From NCBI RefSeq assembly GCF_963853765.1, contig NC_088861.1, positions 3,224,001-3,288,000 of the forward strand: a stretch of 64,000 bases of DNA. The letters run 5' to 3'. The notes beneath the pieces were generated by a model, which was given only the letters and a program-made list of their open reading frames with translations, was not told where the DNA came from and made no database searches. Every line of letters begins with the position of its first letter. The first letter of the stretch is position 1. Made by a program: the position numbers and the translations under genes. The DNA comes from Magallana gigas (taxonomy: Eukaryota). Positions 35,217 to 48,158 of this stretch are shown piece after piece.

Positions 35217-38200
35217 ATGATACGAACTCTAGTTTTAGATCTATATTTTGTTGTCTTGCTGATCTACAATGGTGTATTGAAAATTTCAGGTAAGTGTGTA
35301 GCTTTCATTATCGCAGAATGAATTGGGGTGTGGAATGAGGCCGGCTGATCAACCATTGTTTATTTAAAATACACTACAGCTCAGCATTATTCATTCACAA
35401 ACCTGTACCTAGTCTTTCAGATCCTTAAATAGCTGCTTGTTTGAAATTTTAAAAAGCATAAACAGTAGAAAGTTGTTCATAACTTTATGATAACTCGGCT
35501 GATTTGTTAAAACAAATAAACAGATGCAAAGTCTTCATCAGACTTAATTGGAAACCGGAAGTAAAATTGCCTAACACATTATCCAGAATCAATTTTTTTT
35601 TATGTTGACAACCTGTAATAAGTTGCATCTTTCTCTTCGGTCTTTTAGTTGTAACCTTAAGAGAAAAATGTGATTTTGTTAATAAACTTTTTAGTGCTTG
35701 TGATAACATATTGATTATGTGGGTCCACTTTCGTTTTGATTTGTCGATCTTAAGGATTTCTCGGTAGTTATTTAATTATGCAAATTTGCACAACATTAGC
35801 ATAATTCATATGGTTCTTAAAATTAGATTCATAATTACCATCTACCAGTTAATTAACTGTTGATATTTTGCCCTTTATGGTTTTGACTTATTTACTCAAA
35901 ATATGTTGAATCAAAAATGCATTTAAAAATCTGACTGATGTGCAGAATTGCATACTAGTCAGTAACACTACTTTAAATAATGTAAAACATTAAAAGAATA
36001 CATAAAATTTTAATGATAAAAATTTTATACAACAAACGGTCCGTATACTAGTAAGCCATATGACAATTTTTTTCTGTCTGATACTGGACCATATGAGCTG
36101 ATGCGATACATTAACATACAGGCATTTGATTTAATAAATATATTATATATGTCGACATCACATATATACATGCAATATTTATTGTATGCAAAAAAGCACT
36201 GATCTACATAAAGTTAATTTGTTAACCTGAGCAAACTACATGTAATCCCAGCAGTTTTGTATTTTTCAACAATAAAAATCGGTGTTTTTTGTGCTTCACG
36301 CGGGTACTAGTAGCTTGCATTACAGAAAAATATTTCATTGCTATGTTACTTACATATACCTTCATTTTCCAAATGCCGCACAAAAAGAGAGCTTATACGC
36401 TCGTATTTACATCTATCTTTAAATCATTCCATCAATTAGTATTGAGTAAGAGTACGTTTATCATTTATGTTATAAATAAGATAAAACAAAAGAAACAACC
36501 AATTTTCCAAATGTATGAGGATTACCAACTTGGGAGTCAATGGTCAGTTCGCGAAAGTCTGTGGGTGTGCTCATTGTAGCTCTATCTTTGATCGACCAAG
36601 AAATAATCCAAAGAAAGTTAACAGCAAAAGCTAAAAAAAGACATTAAAGGACCATGTAAAAATTCATCTTGGTAGCTACTAGAAGTAAACTTGTCATTAA
36701 AAAGGTTAACAATGCATCCAAAAGCAGTTTAGAATGCATGCAGTCTTACACCGGCAGCTAGCTTATTTCACTGGATAGCATACATGTATATTAATTACTG
36801 TCCTGTCATGCATGTATGAATTACAACTCTTTAACAAAACTATCGTAAGATCTATCACAGGGCATATCTTAGGATTTTCATAAGATCTGACTTATGACAA
36901 CAATAAGAATCATCAAATCCGTTGCACAAAACTATCAGACAATTCTAAAGTTACACTTCATACTTGCGTATGCTATCTTTTTATTGCAAAATGTTAAAAA
37001 AGGACTAAAAGTCTAACAAAGCTGTTTTCTTTTTGCTTATTTTTGTTTTGTTTTATGCTCGTGTATGATATAAATGTTTATGTGTTATTAATATGCTCTG
37101 AAATAATAATTGTTTTTTGCACAACGTGAACATTTTTTACCATTGGTAGTGGTGTTACTGTTAAACTAAGCTGTTTACATATTGCAAAAGTTGGTCTAAT
37201 GAACATTGGCATAAATAAATAAATATGAATTAGACCATAGATGCATATCAAAGTTTTACTCTGCACAAACAGTCTGTTTGTTCGAATTCAGTTATGACCA
37301 TCAGATATGATACTTTTGTGAAACAGGAATGGTGTGATCTAAATTTTGGTCTCAAACTTAGTCATAAGATAGTTCTGTGAAACCAGTCCCCTAATCGTAA
37401 GATATAGAGGAAAATAGCTCTTTTTTAAAGAATCTTTTAAATACAAGTATGTACAATGTAATATTAATTTTCAGGAACAAAGTCATGTCCGAAAACAGAC
37501 CTTCATGGTAAGTATCTTATAATTTTTGTTGCAAACATAAGTCGTTAGTCTCTTACATGGCTAAAAACAATTGTAAGCCGTTCGCATTTTCCTTGGTCAA
37601 AAGTTCGTGTTCTTAGTAAAATGTACAAGTACGAGTACATAAACCAAATAGCGTTTAATATGTCAAACTGTTTTTGCCTATAACCATGTGTAGTAATAGG
37701 AATGGTCATAGAAAGTAAATTCAACGGAATCTCAAGGAACATATCTTAAAAATTTCAACGAGACATGTATAAAAATTACATAAATAGTTTTGATTTTTAT
37801 TTTCAGTAACCAACATGTGTTCACCAGACAATTTCTTCTCTAACTTTATTTACCTGGATGTCCACAACGCTAGTCTTTACTACCTACAATCGTGTATATG
37901 CACGCTGCACGTGCGTTTTCCTGGAACACTTTACTTTAAGACTTTACAAACACCGCCACCAGATTGTGGATCTGTAATGCACGTGACCAGTAGCGATGGC
38001 AACCAAGTACACGTATTCCACTGTGGAGGGAATACGTCATTTCCTGTAAAAACAAATGATATGATAAACATATCAATTCATAATTTAGGAGAACTGAGTT
38101 ATGATACTTCATACTGTTATGTTATATCACTGGGTCAGTAAATTTACTTGTTTTGTATCAATACTAAGTGAAAACTAAAATACATTCCAATAATTAGGCA

Positions 38201-39454
38201 ATTGATTTGCGCTCTAGGCTGAGGTTAGGTGGTGAAGAAATTGCCCATCATATACACTTAAAATTTCTATTTATGATTTGTTAAGCTATAAACTTTTCTT
38301 TGAACCACTATATTTTAGCTAGTTTTACTATATAATATCTTTACACAAAGCCTTCTTAAAGAGATCAATTAAGTCTTAAAATGATCACGACCACCCAGTC
38401 CTCTTATCAAACGGGAGCTTTATTTTTCTTTCAGCATCAGACAGCGGAGTTGGTACGAATGCTTTCCAGATCATGTGTCCTGATTTGGAGAGACTCACGA
38501 CCACAACTACAACCTCTACTGTGACGTCATCCGCCCCCGCTACCTCCCCCAAACCAACTTCTACAGCTAAGGTCACAGCCTCATTGACCTCAACAAGGCC
38601 TTCCAATATCGCTCCAACAACTGAATCTGAAAGTACAAGTGCTGTTTTAGAAGTCAAGGAATCTGTTGTCAGACAGGATGTACCACGTGAGTCTTCGACG
38701 GTTTACGTTCAGCTTCATAAGAAAGCAAGCACTAGTTGGTTGAAAATTATATTTCATAAAAAGCATTAAATCTAAAAAAAAAATTAAGGCAACATTTTCT
38801 GGTTTTTATTTTGACAGTGGAAGTGATAATCACGGTCGCCATACTTGTTCCGGTGGCATCGATAGGTATCGTGTTAGTATCCATTTACCTTTGGAGAAGG
38901 TAAGCCATGAATCATCATTTCCTTTAGAATGTACTGTGTAGTTAAAATATAATAGAATACCCTATTTCTATACTATTTTTCATAGAAAAATACTTCAGAG
39001 ACTCTTAAGAAATTTGAAGAAAGATCACCGTTTCCGCGAGGAAGCTGTAATAGACGTAGGTGATGGGTTAAAAGAGAATGTCTCTAACCATAGCAACGAA
39101 GATCTGAGCAAAGAAGACAAGACAAAAATATCCGTTGTCAATGTTCGAATTGCTAACACGACGCCAAAAGCACCACGTGTCGTCACACTTCGGAAGTCCC
39201 ATAGCAACAAAAATATCATCGTCCTTTCGTCAGAAAAATCAAGCAGAAAGGCCAACGGAAGTGACGAAGCTGATGACGTAGCATTAGAAGAAAGAAGAAA
39301 CCGACTCCATTGGAAAAGGTCGGAAACCGATAGTGGTTATTTTACAGAAATTCATTTAGGAAGTGGGTCCAAAACAATAATTACAGTTGAAAATCTTCCA
39401 AAATTGCACAACGAAGAACAAATAAAATATGATGATATCCAAACAGAGCTTTGA
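35217..39454 (+). CDS. CUB-like/mucin-stalk type I membrane protein, paralogue 1, about 411 aa; exons 35217-35289, 37475-37507, 37807-38133, 38435-38686, 38818-38899, 38986-39454
   Basis: Signal MIRTLVLDLYFVVLLIYNGVLKIS; 6-Cys exon (VTNMC...CIC...CG...C...C); Thr/Ser stalk; TM VIITVAILVPVASIGIVLVSIYLW-RR. All GT-AG with consistent phases. Confidence 0.85.
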
Positions 39455-39647
39455 ATGAAGTTCATATCGGTGGATCCAAAAAGTGCAAATATGTTGACTA
39501 AAAATGATGTTTCGCAGTGCTACTCTATAATTTACTCAAAATCAATATTTTAAGGTGGAATAACACATCATCACAAGATGGCTGACCGCTGATCGAAACG
39601 ACATATCGTTTTATTAAAAAGATTGTATGGACTGGAATATGTAACTT

Positions 39648-39718
39648 ACTCCATAGCCGAGTGGATAAAGTGTCAGACTTGTCATCCGTACATCCCGAGT
39701 TCGAAACCCGCAGGGGCT
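39648..39718 (+). pseudogene. tRNA-derived remnant or SINE head
   Basis: A-box-like TAGCCGAGTGG and B-box-like GAGTTCGAAACC at tRNA spacing; stems poorly paired. Confidence 0.45.
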
Positions 39719-41795
39719 TTTGTTGTTACTTACTGCAATGATTATTTTAGATACTAGTATTCATTTTTTATCCCCAAACTACAAATTTTACGTTTATTTG
39801 ACATTTGTACAGTTTATTTATCATTATATCTTTCATTATCAAAAAAAAATTCATGTTAATTTGAGTGACTTTTTCCAGGTGTGTAATTCCACCTTAATCA
39901 ATGTATGTACTTTTTAGGCGTAAATATTATAAGTAATATGCTTATTCTCTGGTGACATTGTTCTAATGATATATCCATTTTTTTGATGTTGGCTGTATTT
40001 TATTGTTTATTTCATTTCATTATGAACTATTTTATATTGATGTTTACTGAATATCATCATGAATTAATGTAACTATTTAATATTGTATATTATAGCAAAT
40101 GGTATTTTTCATCAGCATGAAAGAAAAGTGCTTATATGATTACACTATTTTTTTTTAGAGTTATATACATTTGTTATTTTTCTACTGTGCCATGTATGTA
40201 TGTTTTATTTATTTGAAATTTATAAAAATATCTTGTTAACCGTTTAAACCTTCCGACGTATTTTTGTGATCTGGGTGATAATTAATGAGGCTGGCAAAAC
40301 CCCGCTTTGTTAACGGTCGCAAGTAATTCAAAAATGCAAATTCCGTGTATAAACAGCAGAAAATTCGAGGGGATGGAAATATGTGTAGTTTTAAAAATGT
40401 GTTAATATCCATCCATGCGTACGATTCATTTACTTTACCGTCTATTAATCGGAAAATTTGACACTGAATTCCCCGTAAAACTGAACACAAACAAAATATT
40501 CTTTCTCGTATAATCCATAATCATGCACATTAAGCCGGAAATAAAGTGCTTTATTACATGTACTTTGTATCTTGTCAAGACGACGCACATACATGTAATG
40601 TTGATATAAGCCGATTCACGTTTAAAAGATCAGGTAGATGAAAGGAGCCTACAACTTTTTGAAATTTGAGATATGAATTCTTTCAGTGGTGCCTCATAAC
40701 AATAGCTTGCTCTTGTGAAATGTACCGGGCATGATTTTAAGATAAACACATTAAAAAGTAATGACCGTTTTCATCTGCCATTTTCAGTGAAATATGAAGA
40801 AAACAAGCAACAAATTTCGAAATTTTACTGTTTTTGACGAATTAAATAGATAATGCGTACAGTCCCTCTAAAAACGGAGTTTTATAAATGTTAATTCTTG
40901 ATCTGTAAAATGATTTCAATTGAACATAGGTATGGAAAATACTTTTTATAGGATTTCCAATGGAAAGCCAGGAAAATGTCTCATTTTCTATAATTAATGA
41001 TTACATTATAGTCAATAAGTATTTTAAAAGATATATCAAATCAATTATAACATCACAGTGGATCACGCACCAAAAAGACACTAAAATCAATTACTAGATC
41101 TTAAACTTGAATATTTTACTATTTCGACGTTAAAGGACCTACATGTAAATAGTGTAAATGTGTATTGTCCTTACATTGAAATCGTTAAGTACAATAGGTC
41201 CTTATGCCCTAATTAAAGGACATTAATCGGCGAGTACTTAATAGTTAAATGAAACCGACTGGAAAGGTGCTCCTTCGTCAACCGTCCGTTAATCTCATTC
41301 ACAATTAATCTCCGTGTTTGCGCGGAAAAGAGGTTAATCAGCGTTTTATTTATTATATATTTGGGGCATTTTAAATATTTAAATGTATGTTAAGTTGTGG
41401 ACCATGAAATAAGTGTCTATAAGAACGGACCGGCAAATTCCGATCGGGCCGATTGTGTCTTTGTTCAGATCGATGGTTGTAGAGAATGCGCTTATCGAAG
41501 AAAGGAACCAGTATGTAGATTTGACGTCTATTGTTTCGAACAGATCTTCTCTATTGCAAAGGACCAACACTTGCTGTTTAAATAATCCGCCGTGTTAATT
41601 CTGAAATCAAATACGGATCAGTCATAATGCACACCCCTCTGAGCTAGAAAGGGAGTAATGAATGTACGCACCCCGATACGACCAGCGCTGTTTGAGGCTC
41701 GAATGACAATTTTGCTGGAATGATTTTTTAACAACGTTTAGGAATTTAAAAAAAAACCATTTTGTGATTATCAAAGCCGTGATATATAAAAAAGG

Positions 41796-44700
41796 ATGGA
41801 GCTGTTAGTCGCTTTGATTTTCCTATATTTCACAAAAGGTAAGGAATGAAACACTATATTCGTGAATTGATGAAATGCAAAATTTCCGACTTATGGCTAA
41901 TACAGTGGACGGCCGATCAGTTCCGTCGAAATCAATAACAAACCTAAAATCGATGCTCCAAACCGGTTTCTACCTTGCCTTAATGAGCCTTTATTGATTT
42001 ATATCAACACCATATCCAAGTTTTAGAGTTCTTGTATTAATAGTAAAACAGACATTAATAATTCAATTTGTCAAAGTCTTGCAAAAGCACTTGCATGCAA
42101 TATCAATTTATTGTTTTTAGAGCATCGTTCTCTTAAATTCTATTTCATAACAGTTAGAAGAATATTTACTTTTGAAAATACATGTAAAAGTGTGTCAGAT
42201 TCTATAAACGAAAACTCACAAAATGCAGCATTCATTATTTGAAAAATTCATGTATAAATAGCTGTTCGCCATGAATAAAATTAGCTCTTAAACTTTGTGC
42301 CAACTCGCTATGAATGAAATATTTGATTTTGAGGTCTTCGGCCAAATTTACAATGGCGCACCTCTCGAAATTTAAAAACCAAATACTCTTTGAGTAACAC
42401 AACAATGGGTGTCATTAAAGAAACACGCAAACAGTTTGCTTCTTACGCTGTGAATATGTAAACCATCTTTGGCGAACAATGTTGAACTCCGTCAAATTGT
42501 AAATCACGAAAATGACTCTATCCTATTTCCAACTCTTTGAGGGTACCAGAACACCAATTCATCGGACCAAACCATGCTTCAGTTTTCACAGGGGTACTGT
42601 TGTAATGGCCTGTGTATATGTCATTTGCGACAAATAAGAAGTTATTTACTGAGTAAACACTTTTTCAATGCATTTCAGAGGCGTCTTTGAAATCCTTAAA
42701 ACCTTTCAATTTGGATTCGACAGACATTTACTTGTTTGGGAATACGATCTGGTAACTTCGCGGATATCTAAAAGAGAAAAATGTCTTCTTTATGATTTTT
42801 TCATTGTAATATTTTTAGCATCTCCCTGATCAAAAAAGTTCAGACTACCATACCTAATAATTGTCATTGTTTCATTATTATAATCAAAGTACTGAAAATC
42901 CCAGAAAACACCAACTAGCATGATTCGTAATTATACTGTTGTTTGCCTCTGGTTAACGTTCAGGTCATGCTTTGATATAGATTCATCATAGCATTATATG
43001 TTTTGGAACAAAAATTATTTGAATCATGTTGTATTGACTGCCTCTTAGAAAATATGTTGTCAGTTTTTAAGCCAATTTGTAGTACTAGTATTAGAGCGTA
43101 CAATCATCCATTACGATAACTCAAAATCAATATTATCGGCATTGTTAAAAAAACAAGAAAACTTATATTTATCAATAAGCAATGGATTGGGCAGTAAGTA
43201 ACGTATCTCTAAATGGCTGTTTACAGGTGCTGCTCAACTTTCGTTTTGCGCACAGTCTTCTTCGCCTATTCCAGGTAGGATAAAAAACTTGTAGTTATGC
43301 AAACGAAAGTAACAATAACAATTCATTGTATTATTCTTCATCAAATTTGTTATTTCAAATGGTAATCATAAATATGATATTCATATCATTAAAATGAGAC
43401 AAATACAAGATACCGAACTGTGCTCATGTACGATAATTATACGTTGCAACATTGGTATATTTTTAACAGTGGCTACCATGTGCAAACCGACTACCGTTAT
43501 CGGTAACCACGTGGTGATTGACGTCACTGAAGCAGAGGAGAGAATGGTGGATGGTATTAATGCTTGCACCTGTTACCTCACCCCTGTTATAACCAAAGAG
43601 AAAGCTAGACTTTACGTACTCAAACAGAGTTCTCTGGAACCTGGTTATAATGGCTGTGGATCTAGAATCGATGTTATCATCGACAGTACGCAAGAATCTG
43701 GAGTGATTCGAAATGTCTGTTTTTTGAACGGAAATGTAGAGCTACAAAATAACACTATTGGAAATATCTCGTTTGTGAAAGAGTTCTATCCACACGACGA
43801 CAGATACTGTATCGGGCTACGATCAGGTAAATTTATTATATATTTTGTGTTTTTTCAAAATGTCTTAAATATCTATGACTGTGTTTTGTTAAGCAAAGAC
43901 TCTCCCCGGCGTAGTATATCCCTCAAGAAAAACGGGTATCTGAGTTTATCAACCTAAGCAAAAGTTTACTGAAAATCAATTTCCCTTATGCAGTTAAAAA
44001 TTTGCAATGTAAAAACTTAAATGTGACATGTATTACATCTGCAACTCCACAACTTTTTCATGAACATGTTAAGAATTCATAGCATTATTAATAATATCAT
44101 TTCCTAATACCTTCAATTGATGTTATTTTAGACTTCCGATCAAATTTCAAGACTGTTTATTTGTTTGTGATTACCAAAACACGGTATAAGCATGATTATA
44201 GACAATTAATTAGCAAGGAAGAGGAATATCAACCTGATACTAGCTTTTCTTGGGGGAGTGTAGTAGGGTTATATGACTCAGTGATGTAAAGAAAAAAATA
44301 TATGTTGAGGAATATTCTCTGTTGTTGCACAATTAAATGAATTATAATAAGCTTTCAATATCATTTCACTTCCACGTAGATGATTCGGGTGCCACGTTAC
44401 AGGTGCAGTGCTTTGCACCAGGAGAGGAAGCACCGTTCCCAACACGACCCCCCTCTACAACGGGCTCAACGTCTCCTCTTCCCACAGATCCCATTACCAC
44501 CCCGGTTACCAGTGCATCAACACCACCGGTGACCACCGCAAAATATACCACTGCCGCGCCGCCACCTCCTACCACGTCAACTGAAGAAACCACACAATTT
44601 ACCACAGCGAGGGCAACAACGCCCAATCCTACAACAGTTGCACCAATTACGACGAAAACTTCCGACCAAACTACAACACATGAGGCATTTACAACAGAAG

Positions 44701-47700
44701 CTGTATCCATGACCTCTAGGTCAGAGGCAATTACAACTAAATTGCCTTCAAGTACAACGGTAAACACACCTTCATCAACTTTATCACCAGATACCACCCC
44801 CAAAACAACAACCCAGTCCTCTGTTACATCAGAAAAACGCGAAGAAACACACAGTACACAGTCACAGATTACCACAACAACTGCTGATGTTTTAACGACT
44901 GATTCAGCGACAAGTTCAGCGTTAATTGTTTCAACATCAGAACAAACAAGTACATCAACAATAACAACAACAAGATCGCTACCGATAACGACAACATTAA
45001 TTGAAGCTCCAACACCATCACCATCAACCACTGAAACTACGACTACATCATCTAAACTAACAACGCCGGAGCCAACTACATCGATGAAAACAACAACATT
45101 TTCACCAACAACTACATCGACAAAATCTACAACAGCATCACCATCAGCATCAGAACCATCAACAACCACGTCAATCGAAACAACACCATCGCCAACAACA
45201 ACTACATCCATTAAAACAACAATTATAACACCACCACCAACTACATTGATAAAAACAACATCATCACCAGCAACAACATCTACGCCATCAACAACAACAT
45301 CTATTAAATCAACTTCATCTTCACCGCCCATAACTACATCTACCATTATATCAATCATACAATCAACAACAACAACTACATCGATGAAAACAACATCACA
45401 ACCAACACAAACACCAACGACAACTTCATCAATCAATACAACACTATCGACTTCCTCAGCTGCAACAACTCCAATGACAACAACAACAGAAAAATCTGTA
45501 ACAACAAATCCAGCTGATACTGAGGCTCCAATCTCGTCTTCATCTCCTGTTGTAACGAGTACGGCACAAGCTGTCACAACATCTCGGCCCGACACCACAG
45601 CTTCTTCTAATGCAACACAAAGTCCCAACCAAGGGTCGCCGGAAAAGGCAGACGACGGAGTGCCTTGTAAGTCTTTTGATTCCCTTGTGATTTTTTGCCT
45701 ACACATATTTTGTCTCCATATACTAGTACATGCAACACGCATGTATACCCGTTCATGCCTTGGTCATTTTATCTGTTGGAATGAAGATACAACATGATTT
45801 ACATGAAAGAATCAAACATTCACACTGGTGTAAATTTGCATTCTATTCCATATTTGGCAACAATATTTCGACTTTATGAATATTAACAAAGTATTGCAAA
45901 TGAATATCAATCCTTTCTTTAGGTACTAAATAATATCAATCATTTTAACGTGAAGTTTTCCATTCCATTGTATTTTGCATAGCGGAAATGTAATCTTCAA
46001 TGAAGCAATTATATCAGTAAACATGTCGAAATGTGTACTGTGGAATCATTTAAATCCGTGGTGGGGGGGGGGGGGGGGGCAATTTTCATATATTGTCGGT
46101 TTTATGGATGCGTTGGTTTTCAGTTTCAGTAAAAAAACTAACTCTTTCAAAACAAATTTTCGTCGAGGATGTAAATTCGTTGTAGAGCCGAGGACTACCC
46201 ACGAATACCACGAAAATTAAGCCATCACGAATTCTAATATTTCCATAGTATTTCTTTCACCATTATAATCAGATCAATGATACAATTATTGCTATATTTT
46301 TTCCAGTATCCATCATCATTCCTGTAGCAGTGGGCGGGGTCGTGCTTCTTGTCGTCATTGTAGCTGTGTCCGTTTGTATCAGGTAAGTCCAATCACAAGA
46401 AAGGCCAAAGAAAGTAGAAAAATATTGTACTATTACTTTAGAATTTTTAATGTACCACGCATTTAACTGTTTATTACTTCAATAATTCAAACGTAAATAA
46501 ACATGGGTCACACAATGAATTTAACCAATAAACTAATTCAATCGATGTCTAAGGTATTTGTAATTTGCATAATTATGTATGTACTAGTTTGATAATGACA
46601 GTCATATAAGGTATTAATAGTAGGCCTATGTGCTTTTTTTTAAAAATTAAAGTAAGCCAATGTTTAAGATGTTTATTTTCTATAATATAGCAGGAAACAG
46701 AGGAACAGAAAGTACATGCTATAGGAGTGGTAAATGTTAACTATTATAGTTACACGGGGATATTTGGGTTTTAACTGTGTGCCGCGAAAATCACCATTCT
46801 GCTACACTTAATGATTAATTGCGCAGCTTTACTTTTATTTATAGCTAGTTTTATAATTTCTTTTCTGTTTAATTTATTATGAAATAATTTCTTTAAAAAC
46901 CCAACAAATAATAATTATACAGGTAAGATAACAGTTAATTAGAAACATATACGTTGCATCAACATGTAGGCATTAGCTTTGTGTATCATTTGAAAAAGTC
47001 TTACGCAATGTAATTTTTTATCTAAGAACTCATACTGCCTTTCCTTATATTAGCAGACATGAGCTCACATCTAGTTTAAAGTGTAATTGTAGGCCTCAAT
47101 TTATGCCGTATTCATTTCTTTCAGATTACGCAGATAATGTTTCATTTCCTCAAAATTTATGGTAAATCTAGGCGAATTTTTTTTATGTTTTAACCCAGAA
47201 CATGTTTCGTTCTAAAACATGTATATCTATTACCTTTAATTGTTGGCACAGTCTAGAATGTTTTCAGATTAAAAACAAACTTGTATTGCCTGACAAGACA
47301 GTTAAAAGAGTTTCTTTTCCCCTCTGTCTGTCTTTTTCTCTGTTAATGTGTGACCCACCATAGCCATTATAACCAGCAAATGATAGCAACAATCGTTCCT
47401 ACAAGACCAGGATGTGTTTGCACCGTCTAATTGCGTAATAACAGGCTCACATTCTGTGTCGTCCAGGAATTTTTCTAAAACTATTAATTCTGTCGTGAAA
47501 TACTCGGTTTGCCTCGAGAAATCGTTTTTTTTTTACTATTAGCACATCCATTTCACTTCATCTAGGCCTAGTTTAATTCTTCATTATATCAGGACGTTGT
47601 CATTTTTTCTTTTCTTTTTCACTAAGAAGGTATTCGTTAAGGTTTTGGGGAAGGGTTTTTTTTTGGTATAATCAATTACAATCGTTTTGTTCAACGTGAC

Positions 47701-48158
47701 TTTTTAAAATCATTTTCAATACCATTTGAATTACGTATAAGGTAAAATAACAATCATTCCTGAAATTATTGCCTTTTTGTATTCACAATGAAGTTTTCAA
47801 AATGCAGTAAAGTTAACGAGCTAAAATATACATGGACAGATCATAATTGCATTTTATAATAACATTAGATTTTTCAATTATTTCAAATGCAATTAATTTC
47901 AGGCGCGGCAGCAGGGGTGGGGAAACACTTATTGGAATGGCAGAACGGCAGATAAACGACAAATCAACGTACGACAACCCGACATACGAGGACTTCTGGT
48001 ACTCCAACAACGTCACAGAAAAGGATGTAGACACGGACTCCATGATGCAGGAAAAAGACCGAGCCGACAGTACGGAAGATGTAAATCCGGAAAACGAGGA
48101 ACAGGGAGTAGAAGTGAGTCAAGTGAAAGTAGACGGTGATACTTGGACACACTTATGA
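41796..48158 (+). CDS. CUB-like/mucin-stalk type I membrane protein, paralogue 2, about 688 aa; exons 41796-41838, 43227-43274, 43470-43826, 44380-45666, 46307-46382, 47903-48158
   Basis: Signal MELLVALIFLYFTKG; 6-Cys exon (VATMC...CTC...CG...C...C); 429-codon Thr/Ser/Pro exon; TM IIIPVAVGGVVLLVVIVAVSVCI; tail with YDNPTY. Phases are identical to paralogue 1. Confidence 0.85.

Noticed and set aside
39648-39718. Functional tRNA gene
   Set aside because: Acceptor and anticodon stems pair poorly; kept only as a tRNA-derived remnant.
42679-42751. AG...GT-bounded 73-nt segment in intron 1 of paralogue 2
   Set aside because: Length and phase are incompatible with the flanking phase-1 exons.
43183-43274. 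Alternative starts for paralogue 2 (MDWAVSN..., MAVYRCC...)
   Set aside because: They end in phase 0 or 2 and lack a good signal peptide; the 41796 exon plus micro-exon fits the family plan.
44366-45742. 458-aa Val-rich minus-strand ORF (also 63296-63931, 38385-38657, 23702-23968)
   Set aside because: Antisense shadows of Thr/Ser-rich stalk exons.
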